A stretch of DNA of 35,775 nt from Candidatus Woesearchaeota archaeon. GTDB lineage: Archaea; Nanobdellota; Nanobdellia; Woesearchaeales; B29-G15. The stretch spans positions 1-35,775 of the forward strand of contig QMQS01000001.1 of the NCBI GenBank assembly GCA_003650585.1, read 5' to 3'. The notes below the pieces were generated by a model. That model was not told the origin of the DNA. It did no database searches and saw only the letters and a list, made by a program, of their open reading frames with translations. Positions 35,407 to 35,775 of this stretch are shown here, one piece after another; the first letter of the stretch is position 1; the number at the start of each line of letters is the position of its first letter. The position numbers were made by a program, and so were the translations under genes.

Positions 35407-35495
35407 TTTTATATCACTTTACTATGGCAACAAAAGTTATTTATTTCAGTGTCTCTGGATAGAGTTGTGCTTGTATATAAATATGTCGGTGAAAA

Positions 35496-35775
35496 ATGAT
35501 GGAGCAACCCAAAGGTCTGTTCGGGAAACCAAAGGGTGGAAGCCTTAGTGGCTCAGCCGGAACAACCCCACCCATTGATGCATCAACCCTGGCAAACCTG
35601 AATCGCAGAATGAGGATGCTAGAAGAGCGTGTCTTTAATCTACAGAGAAAGCAACAGGTGACAGAGGAAAACCTTGTTGAGACAACAAAGGACTTTGGTT
35701 CAGAGATAAAGATGCTTAACCAAGAATTGGCAGAAGTCAAGTCAAATTTTATTGACCTTAGAGACAGGCTTGAGA
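35496..35775 (+). CDS. Coiled-coil protein, truncated by the window end (not in the ORF track)
   Basis: Hand translation MMEQPKGLFGKPKGG...LNRRMRMLEERVFNLQRKQQVTEENLVETTKDFGSEIKMLNQELAEVKSNFIDLRDRLE, open to the edge; TATATAAA (35474-35481) and GGTGA upstream; divergent from the ATPase. Confidence 0.75.
   Translation, partial: MMEQPKGLFGKPKGGSLSGSAGTTPPIDASTLANLNRRMRMLEERVFNLQRKQQVTEENLVETTKDFGSEIKMLNQELAEVKSNFIDLRDRLE

Noticed and set aside
35441..35740. 99-aa minus-strand ORF upstream of the ATPase
   Set aside because: The plus strand has a better ORF (35496 onward) with TATA, SD and coiled-coil character.

Overview
Compact archaeal chromosomal window with very short intergenic spaces and BRE/TATA promoters. 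The gene content and protein style suggest a DPANN archaeon, probably Woesearchaeota-like; this is inferred, as no rRNA marker is present. Housekeeping genes: metG, ZPR1-like, sppA plus an RDD protein, an S-layer protein, a radical SAM protein, the GINS-L44e-S27e-aIF2alpha-Nop10-PAC2 cluster, eno, an Lrp regulator and map. A type IV pilus/T2SS-like ATPase and its membrane platform gene lie at the right end. The main object of interest is a ~13.9 kb, tightly coupled six-gene surface-protein operon (2992-16876). It encodes two full-length paralogous large proteins with class III (pilin-type) signal peptides, three large secreted proteins and one polytopic membrane protein. By-eye alignment indicates an internally duplicated module, in which ORFs 5131 and 8273 together look like a split version of the single 1359-aa protein at 12797. 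Other observations: an antisense tandem-PRTase-like gene interrupting the nop10-PAC2 linkage, a structured S-layer 5' leader starting with a GNRA hairpin, an SppA-RDD pair resembling Bacillus SppA-SppI, and two divergent promoters sharing a 14-nt core. No tRNA, rRNA, CRISPR array or mobile element was recognised.
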